This document shows, piece after piece, positions 37,779 through 45,824 of a DNA stretch of 64,000 nucleotides (position 1 is the stretch's first letter; every line of letters begins with the position of its first letter). The stretch covers positions 75,560 to 139,559 of the forward strand of contig JACRJQ010000005.1 in NCBI GenBank assembly GCA_016215405.1, written 5' to 3'. Below the pieces are notes generated by a model. That model ran no database searches. It was not told the origin of the DNA and worked only from the letters and a program-made list of their open reading frames with translations. The translations under genes were made by a program, and so were the position numbers. Origin of the DNA: Candidatus Tayloriibacteriota bacterium (lineage in GTDB: Bacteria; Patescibacteriota; Minisyncoccia; Phycocordibacterales; UBA6065).

Positions 37779-39680
37779 TCAGAGGCTCTCGGCGAACTCG
37801 AGGGCGGAGTCTCTCTCCGCGAGCGCCCGCTCTGCGGCTTTGGAGAGCGGCTCGGTGAGCTCGCGCGCATAGGATCCATCGGTAAACGCTTGTGACGAGG
37901 CCGCCGCGGCGCGCGCTTTTCGCACATGGAGGCGAATCTTCCGGCATATCTCGTCTATGGATTCTTCCCAAAATACCTTTTCCAGGAGCTTTGAGGCGCT
38001 ATCGGCCGCTATCGGATTTTCTCTCCCTTTTAAGACCGATCTGAGGGCGTCCGCGCTCGCCGAATTGATCCTTCCCGAGGCGAGGTCGCTCTGCCAGTCG
38101 TGTGCGTCGTCGTTAAGCTGGCGCGCGGCGATGTAGCTTTTGAAAAAAGCTTCGACCTCCCTGAACTTCCTGCTTCTCGGGGCATGGCCGAGCGTCATCA
38201 TGACGACGAGAGGGCCGAGCGCGTGGCCGAACGATTTGTCCGAGAGGATGCTTTCGTCGTAGGGTGGTATGCGGATAGGCGCTATATGCCCTTTCGCCGA
38301 TCGAGGAAGGAATGAGGACGCCGCTTCTCTCGCGTTTGCTTCGTCTATGGCCCTAAACGTCCTCCGCACATACGCCTTTCCCTCCTCGTTCGGAGAGAGC
38401 GACTCGATGATCGACAAAGACTCGCGTATGAGCACGTTAGAGAGGGGTAGGAGGCGCTCTCCTTTGGATTCGTCGATGATGTCGTCTTGGATCGAGTATC
38501 CGATCCAACCGAGCATGTTCGCGTGCCCGAGCTTCGCGAGCGTCCTGTCCTCGATCCTCTCTCCGTCCTTAAGGGCGCGAGAGAAGCGGAAAGGCAAGAG
38601 AGAGATGAGCTTCTCCATATCGCCTTTCGCGACCCTCGCTCGGCATTCTCTCGCTTGGCTTTCGAAGGGCTCTCCGAGGCCCTTGAAGAACCGGTCGCCT
38701 TCCGCTCTCGCCATGTCGAGCGCGGCTTTTTCCCGGCTGTCGTCCTCTCGCGTCGCCGTCTCTTTCTCTTCGGATAGGAGAGACAGGGCCTCGATGCAAA
38801 AAGCGGTCGTGATAGCTTCCGATCCCGCGTAGCTTCGTCGTCCGCCCTTTACCTCTTCGATATAGAGAGGGAAGGCTTTCCAAGGCGAAGAGAGGATATC
38901 TTTGGCCGCCTCATCTACTGCGCCATTTCGCCGGCCGAGTCTCGTAAGCGAGCTTATGCATATGGCTTCCTCCAGGGGGTTCACGGCTTTTCGGAGCGCC
39001 TCCGAGGCGGTATCCGCAAGCTTCTCTCTCTGCGCGCTCTCGCCTCGAAGCTCATAGAAGCGCGATATGAAATATATAAACGGATAGACGGTCTCATAGT
39101 AGAGAGAGTCGAATTTCGACCTCGCGACCGCAGAGTCGATATAAGAGGAGAGGGAGTCGAGGAACACGCCGTTAAGGCCCAGGGCGAAAGCGATGTTCGC
39201 GTTTACCGCTGTGTCGACGTCGTCCCAGCCCTTTTTCGCTTTGGCTAGCCACGTCCTGTAGGGCCCTCCTTCGTTCGATTCCGCCGAGATCAGGGCACGG
39301 ACGAAGCCTGCGAGAGGCCCGCCGCCGAGCTTTTCGCCGTAAAGCGCGAGCGACGCGATAGCGCAAGACGTGTCGTCGAGGTCGTCAGGGTAAGGGCGCG
39401 AGGCGGCTAACCTCGAGCCTCGTATCGTGTAATTCCACGTCCATTGGGGGCTTCTCTGCGACAGGATAAAGGAAGCAGCTTTCGCCTTTATCGCCGCGAC
39501 GCCTCTTATGCCTTTGGGGACGCGAGAGAGGCAAGAGAGTATGAGCGCGGCGGGGAAGACGGCCTGTCTCGACTCCGGTTGAGAGAATAAGGCGTCTTTC
39601 GAGCAGAGGCTCTCCCAGCTCCCGTTTCGCGCCTGGAGGGCGCGGAGGCGGGGTATTCCGTTTCGAATAGCCTCGTCCAT
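37779..39680 (-). CDS. Two-domain terpenoid-enzyme-like protein: N-terminal class II terpene-cyclase-like alpha/alpha-toroid domain (DxDD) fused to a C-terminal trans-isoprenyl diphosphate synthase-like domain (two Asp-rich motifs)
   Basis: A QW repeat QARNGSW at aa 17-23; DLDDT at aa 101-105 (compare SHC DVDDTA, CPS DIDDTA); a FARM-like SIQDDIIDE at aa 398-406 and a SARM-like RQLNDDAHD at aa 521-529, about 125 aa apart as in FPPS/GGPPS. Its ATG shares one nucleotide with the HK stop (TGATG). Confidence 0.55.
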   Translation of the reverse strand: MDEAIRNGIPRLRALQARNGSWESLCSKDALFSQPESRQAVFPAALILSCLSRVPKGIRGVAAIKAKAASFILSQRSPQWTWNYTIRGSRLAASRPYPDDLDDTSCAIASLALYGEKLGGGPLAGFVRALISAESNEGGPYRTWLAKAKKGWDDVDTAVNANIAFALGLNGVFLDSLSSYIDSAVARSKFDSLYYETVYPFIYFISRFYELRGESAQREKLADTASEALRKAVNPLEEAICISSLTRLGRRNGAVDEAAKDILSSPWKAFPLYIEEVKGGRRSYAGSEAITTAFCIEALSLLSEEKETATREDDSREKAALDMARAEGDRFFKGLGEPFESQARECRARVAKGDMEKLISLLPFRFSRALKDGERIEDRTLAKLGHANMLGWIGYSIQDDIIDESKGERLLPLSNVLIRESLSIIESLSPNEEGKAYVRRTFRAIDEANAREAASSFLPRSAKGHIAPIRIPPYDESILSDKSFGHALGPLVVMMTLGHAPRSRKFREVEAFFKSYIAARQLNDDAHDWQSDLASGRINSASADALRSVLKGRENPIAADSASKLLEKVFWEESIDEICRKIRLHVRKARAAAASSQAFTDGSYARELTEPLSKAAERALAERDSALEFAESL

Positions 39681-41209
39681 CAAACTTTTACGCTTAGAGG
39701 CCTCGCTCTTCTGCGCCTGTCAGCAGCTTTCTTGTCGAGAGGAATGGTGACGATGAATCTAGACCCTTCCTGAGGCGCGCTTATCACTTCTATCTTTCCG
39801 CCGAAATCCTTTTCGACGATATCCTTGGTCGTTGAGAGGCCGAGGCCGATCCCCGAATGCTCCGTTTTCGTGGTGAAGAAGGGGTCGAATATCCTGCAGC
39901 TCACCTCAGACTCGATGCCGCAGCCCTTGTCGGAGACCTCGAAGCGTATGCCGTCCGCAGACTCGAGGATGGATACGTCAACCGTTCTTTCGCCTTCCTT
40001 CGGCGAGCATATATATGAATCGATCGCATTCGATATGAGATTGACCGCGACTTGGAAGAACCGCACCGAGCTGCCATGGACGAGGATCGCCTCCTTTGAA
40101 TCTATGCGCACCGTTACGCCGGATTTCCTCGATTTGTGCAAAAGAAGGTCGGCCGCGTCCCGCGCCTCGTTCTCGAGAGAGAATATACCTACCTTGCTCT
40201 CGGAATTGAGCTGCTTGCGCACCGTCTGGACGAACGATTCGATCCTCTTCGAGGCCCTCACCGCCCTGTCTAAGGTCTCCTTGTATTCCGCGCCTTTATC
40301 GCCTGACTCGGCCGAGAGCTTTTCGACGGTGAGAGAGACGGTCGTGAGCGGATTGAGGAGGTCGTGGAAGATCCCTGACGAGAGCTTGCCGAATTCGACG
40401 AACCTATAGAGCTGGGAGACTTTCTCGAGCTGAGCCGCTTTGAGCTCGCGGGTCCTCTCTTCGACCTTCTCTTCGAGGGTGTCTCGCTCGGCCTTGAGGG
40501 CTCTTTCGGATTCGCGCGCTCGGCGCAGAGACCTTTCGAGATCCTTGTTGGAAAGCCAGGATACGGCCACTATCGCGAAGAATATGATGGAGTCTTCGAT
40601 AGCGTCTTTGGCCACCATAGGCTCCGACCTCCAAGATACGTCCGCTTGGATGATCCCCGCGGCTTGCAGATGCCCGAGGGTGATGAGGGTCGCCGCGATG
40701 AGGCCTGTTATGGCGAAACTCTGCTTCGTCCCCAAGAGTATGCTCGACATCACGATTATGGCAGCGTAGGAGAGGAGAGGAAGGGGGACTTCGATGCCCC
40801 ACGCGTATATGCCGTAGGTCGTGCCCATGAAATAGAGGCCTATGAAGAGGTAAGACGCGAGCCTCGTATGGCCGCGGCGAGAGAGGGCGAGGAGCGCCGC
40901 GAAGAGGATGATGAAAAAAGAGAATATCGTAGGGCGGAAGCCGTAGGTATCGAGGTCTGCGATCTGGGAGTATATGATCGAGGCCTCGAGCAGGATGACG
41001 GCTCCGAGCACGGTCGTGGCTATGACGTTGAATATGTGCTCGCGCCGATAGCTGTCTTCGTCGGATGACCGTGGGCGGATGCAGAGCGCGTAGATATAGC
41101 GAACACCCTGTCCGGCCGCCTGTCTCGCGCGTCTGTACGCTTTTAGGCTGGTCTCCAGGGTGTTCATGGCGCCTTTAATTATATAGCTAATTCCAAGGCG
41201 CGAATTCAC
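39680..41209 (-). CDS. Sensor histidine kinase (polytopic membrane N-terminus, HisKA plus HATPase_c)
   Basis: H-box GIFHDLLNPLT, N-box NLISNAID, and G-boxes DKGCGI and GIGLGLS. About 6 TM helices. Confidence 0.9.
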   Translation of the reverse strand: MNSRLGISYIIKGAMNTLETSLKAYRRARQAAGQGVRYIYALCIRPRSSDEDSYRREHIFNVIATTVLGAVILLEASIIYSQIADLDTYGFRPTIFSFFIILFAALLALSRRGHTRLASYLFIGLYFMGTTYGIYAWGIEVPLPLLSYAAIIVMSSILLGTKQSFAITGLIAATLITLGHLQAAGIIQADVSWRSEPMVAKDAIEDSIIFFAIVAVSWLSNKDLERSLRRARESERALKAERDTLEEKVEERTRELKAAQLEKVSQLYRFVEFGKLSSGIFHDLLNPLTTVSLTVEKLSAESGDKGAEYKETLDRAVRASKRIESFVQTVRKQLNSESKVGIFSLENEARDAADLLLHKSRKSGVTVRIDSKEAILVHGSSVRFFQVAVNLISNAIDSYICSPKEGERTVDVSILESADGIRFEVSDKGCGIESEVSCRIFDPFFTTKTEHSGIGLGLSTTKDIVEKDFGGKIEVISAPQEGSRFIVTIPLDKKAADRRRRARPLSVKV

Positions 41210-41382
41210 CGCTAACGTCCACGAGCTCGTTTCTCGCGTTCTTTCGAGCCCTTTTGTCCGAGAGGATCCTTTTTATGATAGCGCTCATGCGTTTCGATTG
41301 GCTTGTAAACCGAGAGAGGTGTCCATCGACCGGGAGCCCTTCATATGGTCTCATGTCGAGATAAAGAAAAAATAAAGAAAAG

Positions 41383-42075
41383 TTAAAGATTGTAGGTCGG
41401 ATGGCCGTTCGGGTCTATCTTGTATCCTCGTCCAGGCACCGTGTGGATGAGCTTGTTCCTCGCCTTCTTGTCGATCTTCTTTCGCAGGTTGAGTATGTGG
41501 GCTTCGACCGTGTTCGAGAAGGGATCGATCTCCTCGTCCCAGACATGCTCGAGCAGGGCGCCGCGCGAGATGACCGTGCCTGAATTGCGCAGGAGGTATT
41601 CGAGGAGCGCGAATTCCTTTCGCGTCAGATATATCTCTTTGCCCGCCCGGCGGACCCTTTGTTTGGAGGCGTCAAGGACAAGGTCGGCCACCGAGAGCGT
41701 CGGCAGGACAAGGGAGGGCGGACGCCTCATGATCGCCCTTATGCGCGAGCGCAGCTCCTCGTAGGAGAAGGGTTTTACGAGGTAGTCGTCCGCTCCGGCG
41801 TTGAGCAGGTCGACCTTATCGTCAGTTTCGCATTGGACGGACAGGATGATTATGGGGGTCGATTTCCCGGCGGCGCGGATATCGCGGCAGACCGTGTAGC
41901 CTGTCTTTTTTGGGAGTATGTAATCGAGGAGGATGAGGTCGTAATCGCACGTCCTTCCCATATAAGAGCCTTCCTCTCCGTCGCCCGCGGTATCGACCCC
42001 AAAGCAATCGGCCTCGAGGTTCGCCTTTAGGAAACTTCGTATCTCTCTGTCGTCGTCTATGACCAGGATGCGCAT
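41383..42075 (-). CDS. OmpR-family response regulator
   Basis: MRILVIDDD, the phospho-acceptor Asp context LILLDYILP, and a winged-helix C-terminus RNSGTVISRGALLEHVW. Confidence 0.9.
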   Translation of the reverse strand: MRILVIDDDREIRSFLKANLEADCFGVDTAGDGEEGSYMGRTCDYDLILLDYILPKKTGYTVCRDIRAAGKSTPIIILSVQCETDDKVDLLNAGADDYLVKPFSYEELRSRIRAIMRRPPSLVLPTLSVADLVLDASKQRVRRAGKEIYLTRKEFALLEYLLRNSGTVISRGALLEHVWDEEIDPFSNTVEAHILNLRKKIDKKARNKLIHTVPGRGYKIDPNGHPTYNL

Positions 42076-42240
42076 GTTCGTGGAGGTGCTCTTTCTAGTC
42101 TCCTTATGGTACTACATTACGCAATAGAATTTTTGAATGTGAGTTATGCACATTTTTATTATTTCTTTATCTTTTATTTATCACCTTTGTGCGCAATGGA
42201 TGCGTAAAGGTTATAATGTTCCGATATAAACCATACATAT

Positions 42241-42669
42241 ATGTTTTTCGAGAATATAAGCTACATAACGGTCGCGATAGCCGCGATCGTGTCGGTCGGC
42301 TTCGGCTTTATCTGGTACTCTCCCTGGCTTTTCGGCAAGCGCTACATGAAAGAGATGGGGATCTCCGCTTCCGAGGTAGCGGAAGCGAAGGCTAAGGGAG
42401 GCAAGGAGATGTCGAGGATGTACGCGATGTCGTTCGCCCTCTCTCTCGCGACCGCGTTCGTCGTATCGTCCCTCCTCGGGTCCCTTATCGTGGTGAGCCT
42501 CTGGGGCCTCGTCCTTGTCGGCTTTATGATGTGGCTCGGCTTCTCTTTGCCGGTCGCCGCGAACGGAGCCATATATGGCAAGGACTCTCTGGTCCTTTTT
42601 GCCATAAACAGCGGGTACCAGCTCCTCTCGCTCGTGCTCGTCTCGGTCGTCGTGGGCATATTCGGCTAG
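42241..42669 (+). CDS. Hypothetical membrane protein (DUF1761-like)
   Basis: Four TM helices. The N-terminus ITVAIAAIVSVGFGFIWYSPWLFGKRY resembles DUF1761 proteins. Confidence 0.45.
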   Translation: MFFENISYITVAIAAIVSVGFGFIWYSPWLFGKRYMKEMGISASEVAEAKAKGGKEMSRMYAMSFALSLATAFVVSSLLGSLIVVSLWGLVLVGFMMWLGFSLPVAANGAIYGKDSLVLFAINSGYQLLSLVLVSVVVGIFG

Positions 42670-42670
42670 C

Positions 42671-43075
42671 ATGCATACTCTCAAACTGTTCGCGTCGGCG
42701 ATGGCGATCGGGATGGCGCTCGATTACGTCTGGTTCTCTCTTTTAGCGTCAGGCCTCTACAAAAGGGAGATATCGCAGCTTTTGCGCATGAGCGACGGCG
42801 CGATCGCGCCGAACCTCTGGGCGGCCCTTCTCGTCTACGTCCTCATAGCGGCTCTCGTCGTGCTCTTCGTCGTGCCAAAGGCGTCGTCTTTGGGCGCGGC
42901 GGCCCTTTGGGGCGCTCTCGCGGGCCTCATCCTCTACGGCGTCTACGACCTCACGAATATGTCGTTCCTCAAAGATTGGACATGGGCGGCGGCGCTTCCG
43001 GACATCGCGTGGGGCACTTTCATGGTCGGCGTCCTTTCCGCCGCCCTTTGGCAGCTCGACAAAGCCCTCTCGTAG
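42671..43075 (+). CDS. Hypothetical membrane protein (DUF2177-like)
   Basis: Four TM helices. It overlaps the stop of the previous gene. Confidence 0.45.
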   Translation: MHTLKLFASAMAIGMALDYVWFSLLASGLYKREISQLLRMSDGAIAPNLWAALLVYVLIAALVVLFVVPKASSLGAAALWGALAGLILYGVYDLTNMSFLKDWTWAAALPDIAWGTFMVGVLSAALWQLDKALS

Positions 43076-43115
43076 GGTTTTCTTTGAGACCGCTTTCATA
43101 TAGAATGGCCTCGCC

Positions 43116-44045
43116 ATGAAGCACGAGATACTTCTGTACTATAAATACGCATCGGTGAGGAATCCCGAGAAGCTCGCCTCCGAGCATCGGGAGTTTTGCG
43201 CGCGACACGGCCTTAAGGGGCGCATAATAATCGCCAAAGAGGGGATAAACGGCACCCTTGAGGGGCTTTCGAAGGATACGAAGGCTTACCGCGATTTCCT
43301 CAGTTCGAAGCCCGGCTTTAAGTCGATCCACTGGAAGATAAGCGAAGGTAACGGATTCGCGTTCCCGAGGCTCTCGGTAAAGGTCCGCGAGGAGATCGTG
43401 TCTTTGTCGCTTAAGAGGTCGAAAGAGACCGACGTTGATCCGAGGAAAGTGACCGGCAAGCATCTCGCTCCTGAAGAGCTCAGGTCGTGGTTCGAGAAGG
43501 GCGAGAAGTTCACCATAATAGACATGCGCAATGACTACGAGCACAAGGTGGGCGCGTTCGAGGGCTCCGTGCTGCCGCCGCTTAGGAATTTCCGCGATTT
43601 GCCGAAGGCGCTTCCGAAGCTCAAAAAGCATGCCAAGGATAAGGTGCTCACTGTGTGCACGGGAGGCGTGCGCTGCGAGAAGGCGTCGGGGTATCTTATA
43701 AAGAAGGGCTTCAAAGACGTATACCAGCTCGACGGCGGGATCGTCTCGTATATGGAGAGATATCCCGGCGAGCATTTCAAAGGCTCGCTCTATGTGTTCG
43801 ACGGGCGCGTGACGATGGCTTTCGACGAGAAGGGCGGGATCAAAAGGGAAGTGATAGGCAGATGTGAGAAGTGCGGCGCGAAGACGGAGGAGTATGCCGA
43901 CTGCACGAATCAAGACTGCAGGAACCAGATGCTCTGCTGCAGGGCGTGCGTGAATGCCGACAGGGCATATTGCTCCGAGAAGTGCAGGAAGATACTGCAG
44001 AGGAATCCGAACGCCAGGTCGAGATCCGTGGCGAAGGGGATATAG
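43116..44045 (+). CDS. trhO: Rhodanese-domain protein TrhO/YceA (tRNA uridine-34 hydroxylase family, UPF0176)
   Basis: N-terminus ILLYYKY...GRIIIAKEGINGTLEG, the rhodanese active-site Cys in CTGGVRCEKASGYL, and a C-terminal Cys-rich tail. Confidence 0.8.
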   Translation: MKHEILLYYKYASVRNPEKLASEHREFCARHGLKGRIIIAKEGINGTLEGLSKDTKAYRDFLSSKPGFKSIHWKISEGNGFAFPRLSVKVREEIVSLSLKRSKETDVDPRKVTGKHLAPEELRSWFEKGEKFTIIDMRNDYEHKVGAFEGSVLPPLRNFRDLPKALPKLKKHAKDKVLTVCTGGVRCEKASGYLIKKGFKDVYQLDGGIVSYMERYPGEHFKGSLYVFDGRVTMAFDEKGGIKREVIGRCEKCGAKTEEYADCTNQDCRNQMLCCRACVNADRAYCSEKCRKILQRNPNARSRSVAKGI

Positions 44046-44146
44046 CAGCCTTCCGCGTTCGACGGAGGAGAGGGCTAAAATACTGGGCGGTATAGAAACG
44101 ATGCTATTTTTCGGAGGCGTGCGACGTAGTATCTGTTATATACTTA

Positions 44147-45196
44147 TTGCATATGGATAATAAAAAGCTTCAACTTTATTTCTTTATCGGACTCCTTTTC
44201 GCGGTATTCGTTCTCGCTCTCGCGCTCTTTAAACCCTTTATCGCGCCCATCGCCCTCGCCTTCATGGCTGCGATAGTGGTAAAGCCCCTCGACCAGAAGA
44301 TGCTCCTCGCGGTCCGCGGCAGAAGGACTCTCGCGGCGATACTTACCGTCGTCATCGTCCTCGTCATTATCCTCGTGCCGCTCTCGATCCTCGTCCGCGA
44401 GATAACGGTCGAATCTTTGAATTTCTACGCCGATGTCAGAGATTCGGGCATAGGAAGCTTCAGCGCGGTGTCCGGGTATTTCGTGGAGCCTTTGCAGCGC
44501 GTCTTTCCTGAATTCAATCCGGACGTAGAAGGGTATGTACGCAAGATCGCGGTCGGCCTCGTCGACAACGCCCAGGGGATATTCTCGTCGACCGCGTCGC
44601 TCGCGCTCGGCGTCTTCGTCGCTACGGTCGCCCTGTATTACCTGCTTAGAGACGGCCACTCGTTCAGAAAGAGCATCATACGGCTCTCGCCCCTCGCCGA
44701 CGCCTACGACACGCAGATAATGGATAAGGTCGAGAGGGCAGTGAACTCCGTCGTCAGAGGATCCCTCTTTACCTCCCTCATCAAAGGCGTGCTCGCAGCC
44801 TTGGGCTTTGCGATATTCGGCGTCCCTCACGCGATACTTTGGGGAGCCCTTACGGCGATCGTATCGCTTCTGCCGGGCATCGGCGCGGGCCTCACGATAA
44901 TACCGGCGGCTCTCTATCTCGTGGCCACCGACGCCGTGGGCCAGTCCATAGGCCTACTCGTGTGGGGCTTCGTCGTCGTGGGCCTCGTCGATAACGTCAT
45001 CATGCCTATCGTGGTGGGCAAGGGAGCCACCATGCACCCGCTCTTCGTGCTCCTCTCGGTCATCGGAGGGCTTTCGTTCTTCGGCCCTATCGGTCTTTTC
45101 CTCGGGCCCTTGGTCATAGCCCTGCTCTCGGCCCTCCTTGAGATCTACAAGCTCATCATTCTCGACGATAAGGACAAGAAGACGATAAGCATTTAG
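44147..45196 (+). CDS. AI-2E family transporter (UPF0118/PerM-like)
   Basis: About 8 TM helices and the family-typical length and N-terminal topology. Confidence 0.8.
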   Translation: MHMDNKKLQLYFFIGLLFAVFVLALALFKPFIAPIALAFMAAIVVKPLDQKMLLAVRGRRTLAAILTVVIVLVIILVPLSILVREITVESLNFYADVRDSGIGSFSAVSGYFVEPLQRVFPEFNPDVEGYVRKIAVGLVDNAQGIFSSTASLALGVFVATVALYYLLRDGHSFRKSIIRLSPLADAYDTQIMDKVERAVNSVVRGSLFTSLIKGVLAALGFAIFGVPHAILWGALTAIVSLLPGIGAGLTIIPAALYLVATDAVGQSIGLLVWGFVVVGLVDNVIMPIVVGKGATMHPLFVLLSVIGGLSFFGPIGLFLGPLVIALLSALLEIYKLIILDDKDKKTISI

Positions 45197-45240
45197 GGCT
45201 GTGGTACAATTATCCGTAATTAAGAGTTAACGGTCTTAAC

Positions 45241-45621
45241 ATGAAATCTAACACCGATATAGCGCTTCTCCTGGTCCGGGTCGGCCTCGCCCTCGTGTTC
45301 ATAGCTCACGGCTGGGACAAGCTCTCCAACATGGAGGGCACCGTCGGATTCTTCTCGTCGATAGGCCTCTCGGCGGTCTGGGCCTACGTCATCGCCTATG
45401 TAGAGCTCATCGGAGGCATCTCGATGCTCGCGGGAGTCTTTACAGGCTGGGCAGGAGTCGTCCTCGCGGCCACTATGGTGGGCGCCATCGGCATCGTGAA
45501 GATATCGAAGGGATTCATCGGCGGATATGAATTCGACCTCATGCTCTTCCTCTCGGCGATAGCGATATCTCTCGCTGGTCCGGGCATCTACACCGCGAAG
45601 AGGCTTTGGAAGAAGGCATAA
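45241..45621 (+). CDS. DoxX family membrane protein
   Basis: LLLVRVGLALVFIAHGWDKL is the DoxX N-terminal signature. Four TM helices. Confidence 0.75.
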   Translation: MKSNTDIALLLVRVGLALVFIAHGWDKLSNMEGTVGFFSSIGLSAVWAYVIAYVELIGGISMLAGVFTGWAGVVLAATMVGAIGIVKISKGFIGGYEFDLMLFLSAIAISLAGPGIYTAKRLWKKA

Positions 45622-45778
45622 GCGGCTAATCGATGAGCAATGACACACGCGCACGCTCATAGGAGAAGGCATTGGTACGAGGACAGGCCGGTGAAGATCG
45701 CCCTCGTCTCCGGTTTCTTTAGCACTCTCATGACCATGATCAACATCATGTTCGGAGGGAAGTAAGTCGATGTATAGC

Positions 45779-45811
45779 AAAAGCCGCAGGCCCAAGGGCC
45801 TGCGGCTTTTG
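45779..45811 (+). terminator. Strong hairpin plus T-run ending 14 nt before the helicase ATG
   Basis: aaagccgcaggccc aag ggcctgcggctttt. Confidence 0.6.
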
Positions 45812-45824
45812 CTATACTTCTCGC

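Noticed and set aside
45689-45763. 24-codon GTG-initiated hydrophobic micro-ORF (VKIALVSGFFSTLMTMINIMFGGK) between doxX and the helicase
   Set aside because: Too short and unsupported; it has a plausible SD sequence but no other evidence.
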